Assembly: GCA_951406725.2 (NCBI GenBank)
Contig: OX597832.1
Coordinates: forward strand, 68,696,001-68,760,000
Direction: 5' to 3'
Origin: Octopus vulgaris
Lineage: Eukaryota
DNA: 64,000 bases
The position numbers and the translations under genes are program-made. A model generated the notes under the pieces. It saw only the letters and a list, made by a program, of their open reading frames with translations, was not told where the DNA came from and did no database searches. Below, one piece after another: positions 24,649 to 43,433 of this stretch; within the stretch, counting starts at the first letter, position 1, and every line of letters starts with the position of its first letter.

Positions 24649-24825
24649 GAGAGGTACTGATATCCAGATGACCTAAGGTGGCAGGCAACACTATGTAAGT
24701 GCTATGGAAGGACCGTAGTTAAACTCTCGGTTCCATAATAGTATGAGTGAGGAGTCTAATGCAGGTCTTGTATGAGCATGTATATAGTGAACTCTACTAT
24801 TCCCCTCTATTTAACCACTTCATAT

Positions 24826-24875
24826 CATCTCTGATGAAATGATATCCCTAATATCCCAGAAACAGCTGTAAGTCT
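24826..24875 (+). ncRNA. Minimal hammerhead ribozyme with degenerate helices
   Basis: CTGATGA aat gatat-cccta-atatc cca GAAA cagctg TA ag. Helix III is palindromic (ACAGCUGU) and helix I is only ~2 bp. Confidence 0.65.
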
Positions 24876-25463
24876 AACTATCTCTTTATAAATCTCCTGA
24901 AAATTCACACAGCTTTGGCTTTGTTGTCTCATTTTATTTAACACACACACACACACACATGCACACATACACACATGCATATATACTTACAAACATATAT
25001 GTAGATACTGACATGTATATGTATATATATTTATGCATATATGGGTACAGGACGTCACAAAACATTTGACTCTTTTCTGTACAGTTCTCTCCCTCTCTCT
25101 TCTTTTCTCTAATTCTTTTTTCTCCCTTTCACCATTTTCTACCTGTCCCTCTCTCTCTTTCTCTCTCACTCTTCCTCTTTTACTCTTTCATTGCTCACAT
25201 GTGACCATCGTCCATCTTTTTTTCCACAACTGCTCATCTTTCTTTCCTTCCGGTCTGTTACACAGACCAGACGTATTCTTGTCTGTCTCCTCTCCTGTCG
25301 AAGAATGTTTCTCAGCGTTTGCCACCTTACTCTGTCTGGCTTAGCAGCCCTCACCATTTGTTTCACTGTCCTGTTTTTGTTACCAACTTTAACCCTCCGT
25401 AAAATTCCACATTTTATTTTGGTTTGCAGGAGGAACTGCTTTCCCGATGGCACATATTGTCAT

Positions 25464-25518
25464 GAATTGCTCGAAATGTGGAGTAGATAAACAACCAGCA
25501 ACTGATGAAGGGTCGTTC
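25464..25518 (+). ncRNA. Type II-like hammerhead motif (degenerate), same layout as 33-82
   Basis: gaattgctc GAAA tgtg...agcaa CTGATGA agggtcgttc, followed by a T-rich tail ending gacgtc...tac, like the 1-195 region. Confidence 0.35.
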
Positions 25519-25648
25519 TTTATGTTACTTTTCTTGTTCTCCATTTGTTTCTCATGTTGTTCTCAAAAAATCAGTTTGTCTTCGTATTTCATGTTGTTTT
25601 TGTTTTGTGACGTCTTATACTCATATATGCATATTTATATATCTCTTT

Positions 25649-26046
25649 CTCTTTTATTTGTTTCAGTCATTTGACTGCGGCCATGCTGGAGCCCCGCCTT
25701 TAGTCGAGCAAATCGACCCCGGGACTTATTCTTTGTAAGCCCAGTACTTATTCTATTGGTCTATTTTGCCGAACTGCTAAGTGACAGGGACGTAAACACA
25801 CCAGCATCAGTTGTCAAGCAATGCTAGGGGGACAAACACACACACACACACACACACATACATACACATATATATATATATATATACGACAGGCTTCTTT
25901 CAGTTTCCGTCTACCAAATCCACTCACAAGGCATTGGCCGGCCCAGGGCTATAGCAGAAGACACTTGCCCAAGATGCCACACAGTGGGAATGAACCCAGA
26001 GCCATGTGGTTTGGTTAACAAGCTACTTACCACACAGCCACTCCTG
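25649..26046 (-). mobile_element. Full-length tRNA-derived CORE-type SINE with an internal microsatellite
   Basis: Minus strand has a tggctgtgtggtaag A box, a gggttcattcccact B box, a gtggcatcttgggcaagt CORE-like motif, a (TA)/(TG) insert and a 3' tail ccagcatggccgcagtcaaatgactgaaac. Confidence 0.8.
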
Positions 26047-26145
26047 ACATATATATGTCAGTATGTACATATATGTATATAAGCCTACATATATATTTTA
26101 TTTATATTATTTGAGTGAACACCACACACCTATTTCCAAGTAAGT

Positions 26146-28920
<2,775 letters not shown>

Positions 28921-28921
28921 T

Positions 28922-28985
<64 letters not shown>

Positions 28986-29294
28986 CATATATACATACAT
29001 ACATATACATACATACAAATATATAGATAGCTAGATAGAGAGATAGATTGATTGATTGATTGATAGACAGATAGATGATGTTATTCAAAGATTAACACAT
29101 GAAAGAGTTTCCTTTTGTCTTGATTATTATTTTCATAATCTCCTTACTGTATTTACTATCGAAAACAAGAACAAGTACACGACCACACCCACATATATAT
29201 ACAGCAATATATAAACAAAACACAATATCTCATTCAAATAAAATATTTTAAAAAAGAGAATCAAAATCCATCAACTCCATTATGGTTGGGAGAA

Positions 29295-29990
29295 AACAGT
29301 TTACTGAAAATAGCTGCCCTCACATTCCATCCTGGCCTCAAGACAGCTCACATCCTGGCATGTGCATTCCTTACTGTATTCGTCGGAAGATATTCAAACA
29401 TTTCTATGATTTGATCTTTGTGTTACAAGCAGAGTGGTTGGTGTCTTTTTTCAACCAAAGCCTACACATAGTAATCCACATAATTACAAATGGGAGAATG
29501 AAGAGACCAGAAAATGAAGTCATAGGAATTCTCTGACAGCCACTTCGGACTCTTTCCAGAGATACAATCTTCCAGCAGTAGTCTTATCCAGTCAGGGTTT
29601 GACCATAGTCTCCAGCACTTTCACATAGCTATCTGAATTGAGCATGAAGCCCTATTCAAAGATATCGGGCATATGGACACAGTTAAAATGCCTGCCATGT
29701 CCCTTTTTGCTGGCCACAACTTTGTGCTTTTTGTTGCTGCTGTCCTTTCCCCATCTTTCAGCCTTTAAAGTGTTCACAGTACATTGAGCAGCAGTCATGA
29801 TGTTGGTGATTTGACACATAGCATGAATCATCATGACACAAGTAACTCTTTTCCAATATTCCCATAGTTTCCAGCCATCCATGTCAATTAGCTTCTTCTC
29901 AACTACAATTGTAATCTTTAGGCTCTCCAATGCTGTTAGTTGTTCGCCAATACATCAAGTTGTCACCCCAAAAAAGAGGCATAAAATATT
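29295..29990 (-). mobile_element. Decayed Tc1/mariner (maT-like) transposase remnant
   Basis: Hand translation across stops and frameshifts gives LNSDSYVKVLETMVKP...KWLSEN...FWSLHSPICNYVDYYV*ALVEKDTN...LEA..E.EG..F, a degenerate WPPxSPDxNPxD..VW motif. Confidence 0.7.
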
Positions 29991-30409
29991 GTCAAATGTA
30001 ACTAAAAAAACCCTGCATTATATTTGCATATACAACTATATATATATATACACACACATAAACACATGCACTGAGAGATAGATAGATAGACAGATAGATA
30101 GATATAGACAATAAAAATTCATACATACATGTGGATGTATGTCTAAATGTATTCCTACTGATTTGACAGATTAAATATGAAATTTAAGTTCCCCATATTC
30201 AATTTTCTTTTCAAATTTAACTGTTTCTATTTCAGTTCAGCTATTGACCAAACAAGTTATCCTTAAAACGAAATCAGCAGCAATAAGACTTAATCGGCAA
30301 GGGAAGAGAAAAGAGAGGCTGGCGAGGGTGGTGTGAATAGAAAACTGTAACATACTCTTCTTGTTAAAGACAAATGCAGAAAGAAATGTTTGTGCTGAAA
30401 CCTATTTTT

Positions 30410-30440
<31 letters not shown>

Positions 30441-31250
30441 CAGTTGTTCCACTCGTATTCCAGACGAGATTCGATCCAGCAGATCAGAGATGAAACATTT
30501 TCCAGCTGTGTCATGTTATCATTTAGGAGCCACACAGCCACAAGTTTACCCAAGATAATGTAAAGCAAACACAAGGAAATGTTTTGCTTCTTTTTTTCTT
30601 TTGTGTGAGTCAATGAAGGAGATCAAGTTGACTCACATGAATGAATTTAATATTACAATTCTAGCTTTATTCTGTCGAGGTTGGCTTTGCTTTAGACTCC
30701 TCACTCATAAAATGAAGTAACAGTTGAGCACTGGGGTCGATGTAATCAACTTATTCCCTACCCCAAAACTGCTGGCCTTGTGCCAAAATTTGAAATCATT
30801 GTAACAGTCAAAAGTGACTAATCAAAATGTCCACTTGTGATCATCTCACTGCCAATTTTATTTATTTTTTTTTTGTTACACATCTAACCATATGGTGGGC
30901 TACAAATGACCATATGACCAAATGGCTGGCTGCAAATACATGCTATTGAAAGAGTCCAAAATATTTGAAGTGCATTTCACATTCTAACTAGCCTATGCTA
31001 TGCTAACATGAATTTATTATGTCTCTTAAGCCCTGCACATCAATAAGAGATGTTATCTCAGGATGGATACCTCAGTATCTAGGCTATCAACTGTGTATAT
31101 ACATTAAGTATGATACATAGATGGATGACTTACCTAAATTTATTCTATCACTGTGAAAGATTTTTTTTAAAGACTATAGGAATTGATTTAAGGTAGATTT
31201 GGCTGCTATTTCTAAATCACTCATTGACTTGTAAAGACAAACACAATATA

Positions 31251-32344
31251 TGAAGGTCAACTGAAAATTTCACACACTGACCAAGATACTCACATGAAAT
31301 GTGAACAAATGAGGTTTATTTTTCAGTCCACACATTTCTTCCTGTTGAAGTGCTTGGATTGCATTGGTAAAGAAGCTTCCGTCCTGTTGGTTAAAAATGT
31401 CATCAATAGCAGATATGATGCCAGTATCACTGTGATGCTGGTTTTCAGCCAAATATTTTTACATGCTGGGGAACAAATGATAGTCAGATAGGAGCAAATC
31501 AGGAGAAGAGGGATGCTTATCAACCAGTCCAAAGCCAGTCAGGCACAGCAGCTATTGAAGGCAAGGACTTGTGTTGGAGCATGAAACAAGACCTTTTTCA
31601 TCAATTTCTCTGGGTGTTGGGTCTTGATAGCCTTTTGTAACTGTTTCAGTAAGATTGCATAGTAATTTCCATTGATAGCAAGGACTTCTTGAAAATATTC
31701 ACTAAACACAATGCCATTTGCACCCCCAAAAACTGAGGCTGTTACCTTCTCTGCAGATGAAATGAACTTGGCCTTCTTTGGAGCAGGTGGGAAGAGGTGT
31801 TTAGACTGCATAGATTGTCTTGTAGTCTCTAGCTCAATGTAATGAAACCAACACTCATCCTGGGTCAGTAAACTTTCAAGGACACCAGCTTGAGCTGCCT
31901 CAAACAATATCAGATTTTCCTGTGATTTCGTCATCTTGGTGCACTTTTCATCAGGTGTCAGCAGATGTGGCACACACTGAACAGAAACCTTCATCATGCC
32001 AAGTTCATTTGGCAGAATAATCTCAACTTACAAAATATGGTAATAGCATTGGCTGTTTGATTTATAGTCAATTCCACATCAGCATGTGGTGTACATGATC
32101 AATGTTTTTTCAGTGGGGGCATTTTCAGGATGTCCAGAACTTGCTTGGACCATCTTCAAAAACTCCCAAAATTATGTTCACATTTTAAGAGAAGTCACTA
32201 CTTGTTACATTTAAATTCTGAAGAGTCAGATAATAGAAAGAATGCAGTTATTAATATGAAGTGTTGAAATTAATACATGCAAAACTTTACATATTTAGCA
32301 TCATTCCTTCATAGTCAGGTTATGAACTTTTTAGCCGACCCTCA
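31251..32344 (-). mobile_element. Decayed mariner-like DNA transposon
   Basis: ORF 31539-31997 has (W)VPH.LT, TQDECW and K...SVF....G motifs. Imperfect TIRs (tgaaggtcaactgaaaatttca and the reverse complement of tgaactttttagccgaccctca) are each flanked by TA. Confidence 0.85.
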
Positions 32345-33779
32345 TAAATGAGAGCCTGAAAACAACGAACAAACTGAGAAATTTTTAAATGTTTGCATTA
32401 CCAAAGAGAAACAATCTTATAGAGAAAAATCTGAGGAAGAGAATTTAGAAACCTGAGGAGGTAAGAAGCTGATTATTCTTTAAAGTTGAAATTCAAAGAA
32501 GATAATATTTGCAATGGCTTTATCATCCACATTTCCATTCTTTCATGGGTGAGATAGAATTTGTTGAGACAGACTTTCGATTGCAAGATGGTCGTTCTGT
32601 CATCAAACATCCCCTGTTTCCAAGCAAAGCAGTATTTTCCATTGACTGGACATGTTTGAAAAACTGGAAATAATGACAACACTTGTAGAATGGTGATTCT
32701 TATTTGCAATAATTGCAGGATGTGAAGACAAGGAGACATAACACGTGTATATTTACATATGTACGCAACTAGCTTTCTTTAGTTTCTGTCAGCCAATATA
32801 CATACATACATACATATATATACATATATATATATTATTATTATTATTATTATTATTATTATGGCTGCCCCTCGTTATCGAGTATGGCCATTGCACGAAG
32901 CTTAACTGTTACTGGTGCTGTGATCAAATGTGACTTTTTAGCCCAGCTAAAGATCTACAATGTCTTATACAGAATTGGCAACTAAAACCTTTACTGGTAA
33001 TAGTCGGCTGTAGTTGTATGTCGTTTAAGTCTTCCTGCCGAATTACACTCTCTTCTACATACCCGATAGATATGATTAGTATGGTGTGTTACACCACCAC
33101 CAGTGGCCAGGTTGTCACTCATCTGTCTCGCTTTATGACTACGAAGATGACTCTTGAGTCCAGCTTTACTGAGAGTTAGTTAAAGGAGAATGACCTCCAC
33201 ATAAACCAAAATATATATATATACATACATACATATATACATATATATATATGCATATATATATATATATAATATATATATACATATATATATGTATATA
33301 TACATATACATATACATACATACATATATATATATACATACATATATATACATCATCATCATCATCATCAATGTTTTATGTCCGCTTTCCATGCTCAATC
33401 TGATCTGGCAAAGTTTCTACAGCTGGATGCCCTTCCCAATGCCAACCACTCTGGGAGTGTAGTGGGTGTTTTGTGTGCCACCGGCATGAGGGCCTGTCAG
33501 GCGGTACTGTCATCGGCCATGTCAGCAATTTTGATATATATGTATATATGAAATGTGTGTGTGTGTATGTATGTGTGTGTGTGCATGTGTATGAAAACGA
33601 AACTTGACAATGCAAATAAATCATAATTTGGTATTGAAAACCGAATCCAAAACAGTTTCTGCAATGTTCCACGTATTAAGTATTGTAACTTCAATGTTTA
33701 CTTAACTTTTAATTGCTAATATTATTTATATTATTTATACAAGTACACACACACACACATGGTTGTATACACACATAAA

Positions 33780-33907
<128 letters not shown>

Positions 33908-35808
33908 TAAAATATTGGGGTTTAGTTTACAGGTGATCTAAATGACAAGGTACACTGGGTAAGTGCTGTAACGGATTACCAGGACTCCAAACTCATACCC
34001 AAGATGGGGGTTATAGAACCATTGCAGACTTCCAATATAGCAGCTATATAATTATGGAGATGTACTTACATAGCAAGTGACCTGATCTGAGATCGTGTTC
34101 TGAAACAAAACCAATTGCAGCGTGGAAGGTGTTTATAAGCCATTTAAGAAACACACAAAAATTGTTAGATTCACTTCAACATTTAAATTTAATTTGTCAA
34201 AATATTCTTGCCACTTTGAAACCACAACCTGTTTGACAACAAACACTGAGGCAAGAAAAACATTTCAAGTTGTATATGTTATTATCATTAGAGAAAATTT
34301 TCTAATACTAATAATATTTATGACTTGAAATACTTGTCTTGCTTCAGTGTTTGTTGTCTTCTTTAACAAATATACATATATGTATATATGTGTATTTGAA
34401 TTCACGACCTTACAGACGTGAGCCAAATTCCCTAATCACTAAACCACGTGCCTTCATGCTCATTAATTAAGACAGAAAAGTTCCAACTATAAATAAGTAT
34501 AAAAAAAGAGAAAATTTGAATAAAAAAACAATATTCCATAAAGTTGTTTGCAGAAAGTGATTGTGTTGTTTCCTACCTCCCACACATAAGGTGTTCTTTT
34601 TACATAACCTTTTTGCATTTCAATCAACCGGATCTGGTCAGAATATTCTGCATGTTTTATGTTCAAGCTGGTTAGATCTGGCCTCTCATGCCTGGATAGG
34701 CATGAGAGGCCAGTGTCTTTTGTAAAATGAACAATCACATCGTTGAAACCTCAAAAGCAATGAAATAATACAGGATTGATTTAAAGTGATGTGAACACAC
34801 AAGCATTACGTTCGGCAGAATAATCTGAGTACTGAAGGGCTAATCTACCCTGAGTCTATAACAAAATACATCAGAACCCTTTGTATAAAGAGAAAGAGAG
34901 AGGAGTTCTTCCTTTGTTCTCTGATGCTGAACTGCAATTAAAGTAAAGCTCAGTCTGGATTATGGGATACGCTATTGCCAAGAGGATCCGTTTTTCAGTG
35001 ATGCAGAAATATTAACAAAAACATATAATTCCTTTAGACATAGTAATCATAAATAACCTATATATATATATATATACACACATATATACATACATTTTCC
35101 AAATTACCAGCATATATGCATGTGCATGTATGTCTCTATATATATCTTTATATACACAATCATATGAATAATATAAAACTGAAGAGATTTTTTGAGTAAA
35201 TAAATGGAAAAAATAATAAAAAGTTTATTAATAAAGACTTTTCCTCACCCCACTCACTTCTATGTTGTGTTTATTTTTCACTTTCTCTTAGAATTAGTTT
35301 CCAAAATATCCATTTCAAATACTTGATTTTTCAAATACATCTATCGATCTTTTGCTGCCTTGTTGCCTTATTTCAAAATATTCCATTTCCCAGATATTGG
35401 TTATTCTTCAGATTTATTTAGCTATGTGTTCTTGTGTTGATGTTGTGTTTTTGTTTCTTTTTCTCTCTCTTTTTGTTTTATATTTTGCTTTTCTTTTTTG
35501 TGTTGTTTCTCTATATTTCTTTTATTTATTCTTTCCGTTTTGTCTTATTACAAGAATTCTAATCTGCAAATGAAGCTATGCACTAATTCTGTTCCTACTG
35601 GGATTATCTACAGGAATGGAAAATTAATTGAATTTTGATTCAATTTTTTTTTTGTTTTTGTTTTATGTTTTGTTTGTATTTTTGGCAGAAATATTATTTT
35701 GCAATACTGGCCTATATTTCCATAGCAGCCAGCATCCACGGTATACTAATATTACTTCACAGGCATACCGTTTCTCTTTCTCTCCTCTCTCTCTCTCTCT
35801 CTCTCTCA

Positions 35809-35840
<32 letters not shown>

Positions 35841-36140
35841 GATGTACAACTTAGAACTCCACAGACACTGCTGTACACAGAAACATAGAAATCAAAAGGC
35901 TGCAGCCAGCATCACTGCTACATCATCAGCAGACCATTCGATGGAGGGGTGGTTTACAGGCTATAGATCTAATAAATATCATTATTGCTGTTGTTATTGT
36001 TGACATTTTCATTACTGTAATTAATATTATTGTTGTTGTTATTATTATTATCGTTGTTACTGTTATTGTTGTTGTTGTTGTTGTTGTTGTTCTTCTTCTT
36101 CTTCTTCTTCTTCTTCTTATTATTATTATTATTATTATTA

Positions 36141-36202
<62 letters not shown>

Positions 36203-38373
36203 ATTATAACATTGTTCTTTGTTTATCTCACTATTATTTTTATTATTATTAACCTCATAATGTGTTTTTTCTTCTTTTATTAATCTGAAAGAAATTAATT
36301 TCAAAAACAAAACCATTATTATTATCAATATTGATTGTAACATAGCTGCATGTCTTCATTTGCCGCAAAGCGGTTTAGATGGAAATATCAGACCTTGTAC
36401 CAGACTGGTAATTTATTTCATTGAAGCTGGGAAAGTTGAAGAGTAAAGTCTGCCTCAGTAGGAATTGAACTCAGAATGAAAACAGTCATTGATTACACAG
36501 TGTAAAGTGGTTCAACATGTCTGCCATTTCAGCTTCATCTGCCAATAATGTTAATATTGGTTTCACATTTTGACACAAGGCCAGCAATTTCGAGGGAGGT
36601 GATAAGTCATTTACATTGATCTCTCCCTAACCCCAGTGCATAACTGGTACTTATTTTATCGGCCCCAAAAGGATTAAAAGGCCAAGATGACCCTGGCAGT
36701 ATTTGAGCTCAGAACATAAAGATGGAAGAAATGCTGTTAAACGTTTTGTATGGCATTCAAGGATTCTGCAAGCTCGCCACCTGCAACAACATTAATATTA
36801 GGAAACGGAGGATTAGTTGAACTATTTGGTGCATCTAATGAAATGCTATGCTGTAATTACAGATTTTACATTCTCAGTTCAAATCCTGCTAGGAACAACA
36901 TTGCTTTCATCTTTCTGGGGTCAATAAAACAAAGTATTAAACAAGTTCTGGGATTTATATGATCATTAATTCCTCCTGACTTCCAAATTTCATACCTGGT
37001 ACCTATGGTAGAAACAACATTAGTAAATTGTCATCATCACAATCATCATTTAATGTTTGTTTCCATGCCAGCATGGGTCGGATGCTTCAAGAGGATCTGA
37101 CTTACATGAGCACCAGGGTCCGCTTTGTCATGGTTTCTATGGCTGGATGCCCTTCCTAATAGCAACCAACTTACAAAGTGCCCTAGATGCATTTTCATTG
37201 GCATCTACTTTAATGAGGTCACCAAGCAACTTGTAAGACAAGAGCCCTCAACTGAATGGGTGTGTGTGTAGTATTGAGGGAGGTGATTTTTATGTCTGGT
37301 GATGAGAGATTAAAATCTGATAAAGCAACAGGAACAGGTGTCTTGACAAAGAGGAGATACATGGCACCCCCTGCTGTAGAGGGAGAAAAAACTGAGAGTT
37401 GGTGGGTACTCTCAAAATATAAAGTGAATAGAAGAGAGAGAATGGGGATAAAGAAACAGAGAGGGTAGGGTAGGAAGTAGGTAAGTACAAGAGTACGAAA
37501 GGAGTGTGATAATCACTAACCATGAGGTTAGAGATGTGGGCAGAGGTGGAAACTGTATAGGGGACACACAAATGGATAACCTGGTCAGTAGTGAATGTCA
37601 GTTTGGTGGTTGGAGAGTGAAGAGCATAACTGGACAGAGAAAACAGAAATGAGTACATAACAGTGCAGTGCTCTACAGTTTGTAGAGTACAGAAAAGTAG
37701 AGGACATAGGAGTGGAGTAGCATGCAGGCACCAGCTAGCGTTTAAATGTTATTTATCAAAGATGAGCACAAATGCAGGACAGGTTGTTAAATGTGAGGCA
37801 CTCAGTAGCATTGGGTGATTTTGTTGCTTTTTTTTCCAAACATGATATGGTTTATGTATTATCAATAATATAATCCATTATAAGCTGACCCCTATTTTAA
37901 AACTTTGAACAATTCAAATTCTCTGAACACAAACAGGGACAAACACACAATTTCTGTGTGTATGTGTGTATTTGCTTGAATGCATACAAGTGTGTGTATA
38001 TGTTATAGAGGTGTAAGTGTGTATGTTATAAATGTGAATCTATATGTGGATGTATATATATTCTATGGCTGTGTGTATGTGTACATGCATATGTAACTGT
38101 TTGTTTATGTATACATAGTCATATGTGTGCATGACTATGCATCTTCGTATAAATACATATATGTGTGCGTAAGTGGGTGTGTATGTGGATGTGTATATAA
38201 GTTAGTATGTAGATGTCAATAACAAATTCTTATCTTCAAACTTCAAAGTGAAATTTCAAAACAACAACAACAGCAACAACAGCAATCATATTAAAAGAAC
38301 TGTTTGATATTCCCTTTCCTGACATTGGTAATTTAATGAACAACTTTCAACCTAAATGATTACATTTTCCCTT

Positions 38374-38410
<37 letters not shown>

Positions 38411-38629
38411 TACATACATATATATACATATACATACATAAATATACATATACATACATATATATACATATACATACATATATATACATATATATACATA
38501 TATATATATACATATATATACATATATATACATATATATACATATATATACATACATATATATTCATATACATATATATACATATATATATACATATATA
38601 TACATATATATACATATATATATACATAC

Positions 38630-38662
<33 letters not shown>

Positions 38663-38684
38663 TGCACATACATATGTACATATT

Positions 38685-38734
<50 letters not shown>

Positions 38735-38786
38735 TATATGCACATACATATGTACATATTTATATATATATGTATATATATATATT

Positions 38787-38840
<54 letters not shown>

Positions 38841-38984
38841 TATATATATATATGTATATATATGTATATGAATATATATATATGTATATATATGTATATG
38901 TATATATATATGTATATATATATTGTTAAAACTGAAAGAAAGAGGACTCTACGTATGATGTGTGTGGGTTGTGTGTATATGCTT

Positions 38985-39350
38985 GAGAAAACCTGTCAAG
39001 TCAAGTAAAACCAATATTGTATCAGGAGCCAGTAGCCCCTGACTGGCTCCCATGCCGATGGCATGTAAGATGCACTATCCTAATGTGTTCGTTGTCAGGC
39101 CTGCCTTACTGGCTCCTGTACTGGTGGCAAGTAAAAAGCACCATCTGAACAAGATCGTGCCAGGTCTGCCTTACTGTTTCCTGTGCCAGTGGCACATTAA
39201 AAGCACCCACTACACTCTTGGAGTTGTTGTTATTAGGAAGGGCATCCAGCTGTAGAAACTCTGGTGCAGCCGCTGGCTCTCCAGTCCTCAGTCAAACTGT
39301 CCAACCCATGCCAGCATGGAAAACTTACGTTAATCGATGATGTTGATGAT
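38985..39350 (+). mobile_element. RTE 3' UTR-derived non-autonomous element
   Basis: Shares ggaagggcatccagc...ccaacccatgccagcatggaaa...(GAT)n with 26280-26460. Related copies at ~12590-12750, 14550-14650, 18420-18476, 33350-33520, 37030-37200, 45295-45490, 46282-46410 and 54920-55100. Confidence 0.8.
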
Positions 39351-39876
39351 GATGTGTACGCTTATGTGTGTGTGTGTATAATATATGTATAAATGCATGT
39401 ATATGTTTGTTTGGTGTGTATGTAGTATTTATAAGATATATATTTATTTTAAGGTATATATATATAATACATATACATACACACGTATACATATACATAC
39501 AGGCATACATACACATACACACACATATAAGTATATAATATATATTTTTATATATGAATATATATATTTATATATCTTTTTACATAAATATATGTATTTA
39601 TATATATCACATTTATTTATATATATGTACATACACACACATACATACATATTGTTATTTTGGGTTATAGCATTTCTTCTTTATTTCACTTTTAATTAAA
39701 TACATTCATAAATACTATGATTTGTGGATAATATGATAGCAAATTGATAGTATTCTTTCGGTAAGTTTTAGTTAACCACTCAACACAAAGGCACAAAATT
39801 TTCCTATTAACTGAAGTTGGTACATTAACTAAAGACAACACACACTTTATGTATGTGTCTATGTATGTATGTGTAT

Positions 39877-39921
<45 letters not shown>

Positions 39922-41060
39922 AACACACACACACATATATACATAATATATATTATATGTATCAGATCCTTGCTTGTACTTTGTCATAGTAAAAAAGTGA
40001 GAGTGAAAGTATCGAAAAAGATCAAAGTATTGAAAAAGATGAAACACCCCAAACACATAAGAGGAAAGTGTAAAGCATAAATCCTATATTTGATTGAATT
40101 CTTTACAATTGCTTTTTGAGTTTTGTCTCTTTTCCCTTTTTTCTTTTTTTTTCTTGCTTTGCCGATTTTGGTACTGAAGATAGGTCTGACTGATTAGAGC
40201 TTGTTTGGTACATCAATAAGGCCAATCAAAACATTATTGATCTCCTACATATCATACAGAAATTATTCATGTGTGTGTGTGTTTCTTTTTTTTTTCTTCT
40301 ATCAATGAGTGATTTTGTTGTTAAAGACAATTGCTGTTCAGTTGACTACGGAAAGTGAAAGTACAAAACTAAAAACGGAAAAACAAGTTGCTGTTAACGG
40401 AACAAAACTATAACAACAAAAAAACAAGAAAAACACAGAGAAAGAGAGAAAGAGGGTGCACGTGTATGAGAGAGAGAGAGAGAGAGAGGAGAGAACATTA
40501 TGTTATATCTGTCTAAGTAAAATTAGCTGATTGAGATTGTATAATTTGATTGGGACTATATCTTCTTCTTCCACTGTCGATCACCAATGGCATACGAAGT
40601 ACCATGTCATTAATAAGTCTTTCATTCATAGAAATTATTCATCTAACTAATAATGTTTTTTTATTTATATCAAGTGACATTAAGAAACATGTGTGTATGT
40701 AGATATGTTTATATATATGTATATGTACGTGTGTATATATATATATTTATATTTATGTATGCATACATATGCATTTAAATATAGATATACCAATGTATGT
40801 ATAAGGATGTATGTAGAGTTGATTTTCATGTGCTGCTGCTCTCAAATTATACAGCAAAATTACAAAAAGGAATCAGTTGATGTGTCATGGCTTCATCAGG
40901 CTAAAAGTATGAAGATACTAACATGTGGATAGGGTTTGTTGGACATACACACACATGCACACACAACACAACATCCATGCATGCAGACAAACACACTTAA
41001 GCATGTATGCATGTGTCATTGTTCAGGTTTATTTGATATGTATGCATGCATGTATGTATG

Positions 41061-41094
<34 letters not shown>

Positions 41095-41188
41095 TGTCTG
41101 TATGTATGTATGTATGTATGTATGTATGCATGCATGTATGTATGCATGCATGTATGCATGCATGTATGTAGGTATATATGTATATATG

Positions 41189-41222
<34 letters not shown>

Positions 41223-41804
41223 TGTATGTACGTATGTATGTGTATACATATATGCATGTATACATATTTATATGTGTATTATTTATACATTTATACATAT
41301 ATAGATAGATAGATTTGTATACTTATAAAGAAATGTACACACACACGCACACAAGTATACATATATATGTACACACCCATACATATGCATAAGCATAAAC
41401 GCTTATATATACTCACAGATGCATAAATGAAATATCTACCTACACCACCACTATACACACACACACACACACGCACACACAAATGCATACATATCTATAT
41501 ATATATGTGAATATATATAGATATATACCAGTTTTTCTTTTTTTTTCCTGTCTCTAACATTCTTATTTCCAAAGTTCACATCTAATCAAGAAAATGACAA
41601 GGACACCAGTCTGCAACTGAAACATTTGATTAGATAAATTAAACACACAGCAGGTTATATATTTCCTTTTCTTGTATTACTACTGATTAGATATGTGTTA
41701 ACGAACTGTTGGTCCGATAATGATGTAGGGTAAAAAGAAAAAACCGTCTGGAACACATACTTGCATGCAGACATACATACACATATATATTTACACACAA
41801 ACAC

Positions 41805-41916
<112 letters not shown>

Positions 41917-41921
41917 TATAT

Positions 41922-41973
<52 letters not shown>

Positions 41974-43400
41974 CATATACTTTATACATATATATATATA
42001 TATATATAGATAAGAAAGTTGATATATATATATATACACATATATACATTGTATGTTTGTATACATAGGCGGTAAACTTGTGACTTAATGATAATGATAA
42101 ATATAGTCAGGTTTTCTAACAGATGACATGGAGCAATTGTGAAGTGTAATTATCTAAAGAATAGGATATTTTGAAACATTTTTAATAGAAGCAAAAGCGA
42201 ATAAATAAATTTGTAAGCAACTGACAATAAATATATATATGTAGGTGTATGTGTTTGTGCATATATATATGTGTGTGTGTGTGTACATATATATATATAT
42301 ATAATGTGTGTGTGTGTATATATATAAATAGTGAAATGAAAAATGTTTGGAATATGTTAGAAGAACTATTATAAAAACAAAAAGATAGAATTTGGGAAAT
42401 GGATAAAAACATGAAAAAATGTAAACAATCAAATAAACATTATAATAAAACTGGAAAAGAAACTTTTCCTAAGTTTGGTGTGAGAGAAATCACCGTCCAG
42501 AGCTTGCAAATTATAGTTAAGTATATTTACTAAAAAAAGCAAAGATATGCAGATATTCTAAATGTATTTATTGTTTTCGATTACCATTAGTAGCGTTATC
42601 ATTTAGAGTGAAAGCATAAAAAAAAATTAGTATTATAATAGGAACCATTGCTCTTGAAAATACACTGAAATAATAATGATGATGATGATGATGATGATAG
42701 AAATAATGTCAATAACAAAAATAATGGCAGTAGTAGCATCATCATCATAAGTAGCTCCACCACAGCCATTGCCATCAGTAGAGGTACCAGCACCACCACC
42801 ACCACTGCTATCATCATTGTCATCATCAAAAACATCAAAAAAAAAAACAAGAAAAAAACCAATCCTCCATACCAGTGGGACTGAGCAGTGTCCAAAACCA
42901 TTCTTTGACACAAGAAGTGAATAAGGAGAAGAGAAAAAAGGAGAGATAAAAAGCATCAAGCAAAAGTTTAGCACCATTTCTCAGAAATGCTCAATTAAGA
43001 AAAATAAAGAATTTTGTGGAATATTGTAATCTGAATAGAATATTAATCATGTCTCATTAGTGCACAACATCACCTGGGGGTGCCATTAGAGGAGTCCACT
43101 CTCTAAGCATTTGGACCAAGTCTGCAGTGAGAAGGTGACATGGTATCTTTGTGCTCTGCTACCTACTATGGTACTATGGTATTAGGGTACTGCTACATCA
43201 ATATATTTTGCTCTTCATGAAATAGTCTTAGTCCTCAGATTAACTCTTCCATGGCAGAAAACAATAAAAATAGATAACAAAACAGAAAAAAAATAACTGA
43301 ACAAAATTTTAGATGAAAGAACTAAACAAATGTTTACATATCTGGGATGATTATTTCAAAAAAGGGAAATTTGTATCAGCTATCAGGGACATGGAGACTA

Positions 43401-43433
<33 letters not shown>

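Noticed and set aside
28921-29088. N-terminal part of ORF 27730-29088
   Set aside because: Read-through into the flanking microsatellite. The LINE is truncated at ~28920.
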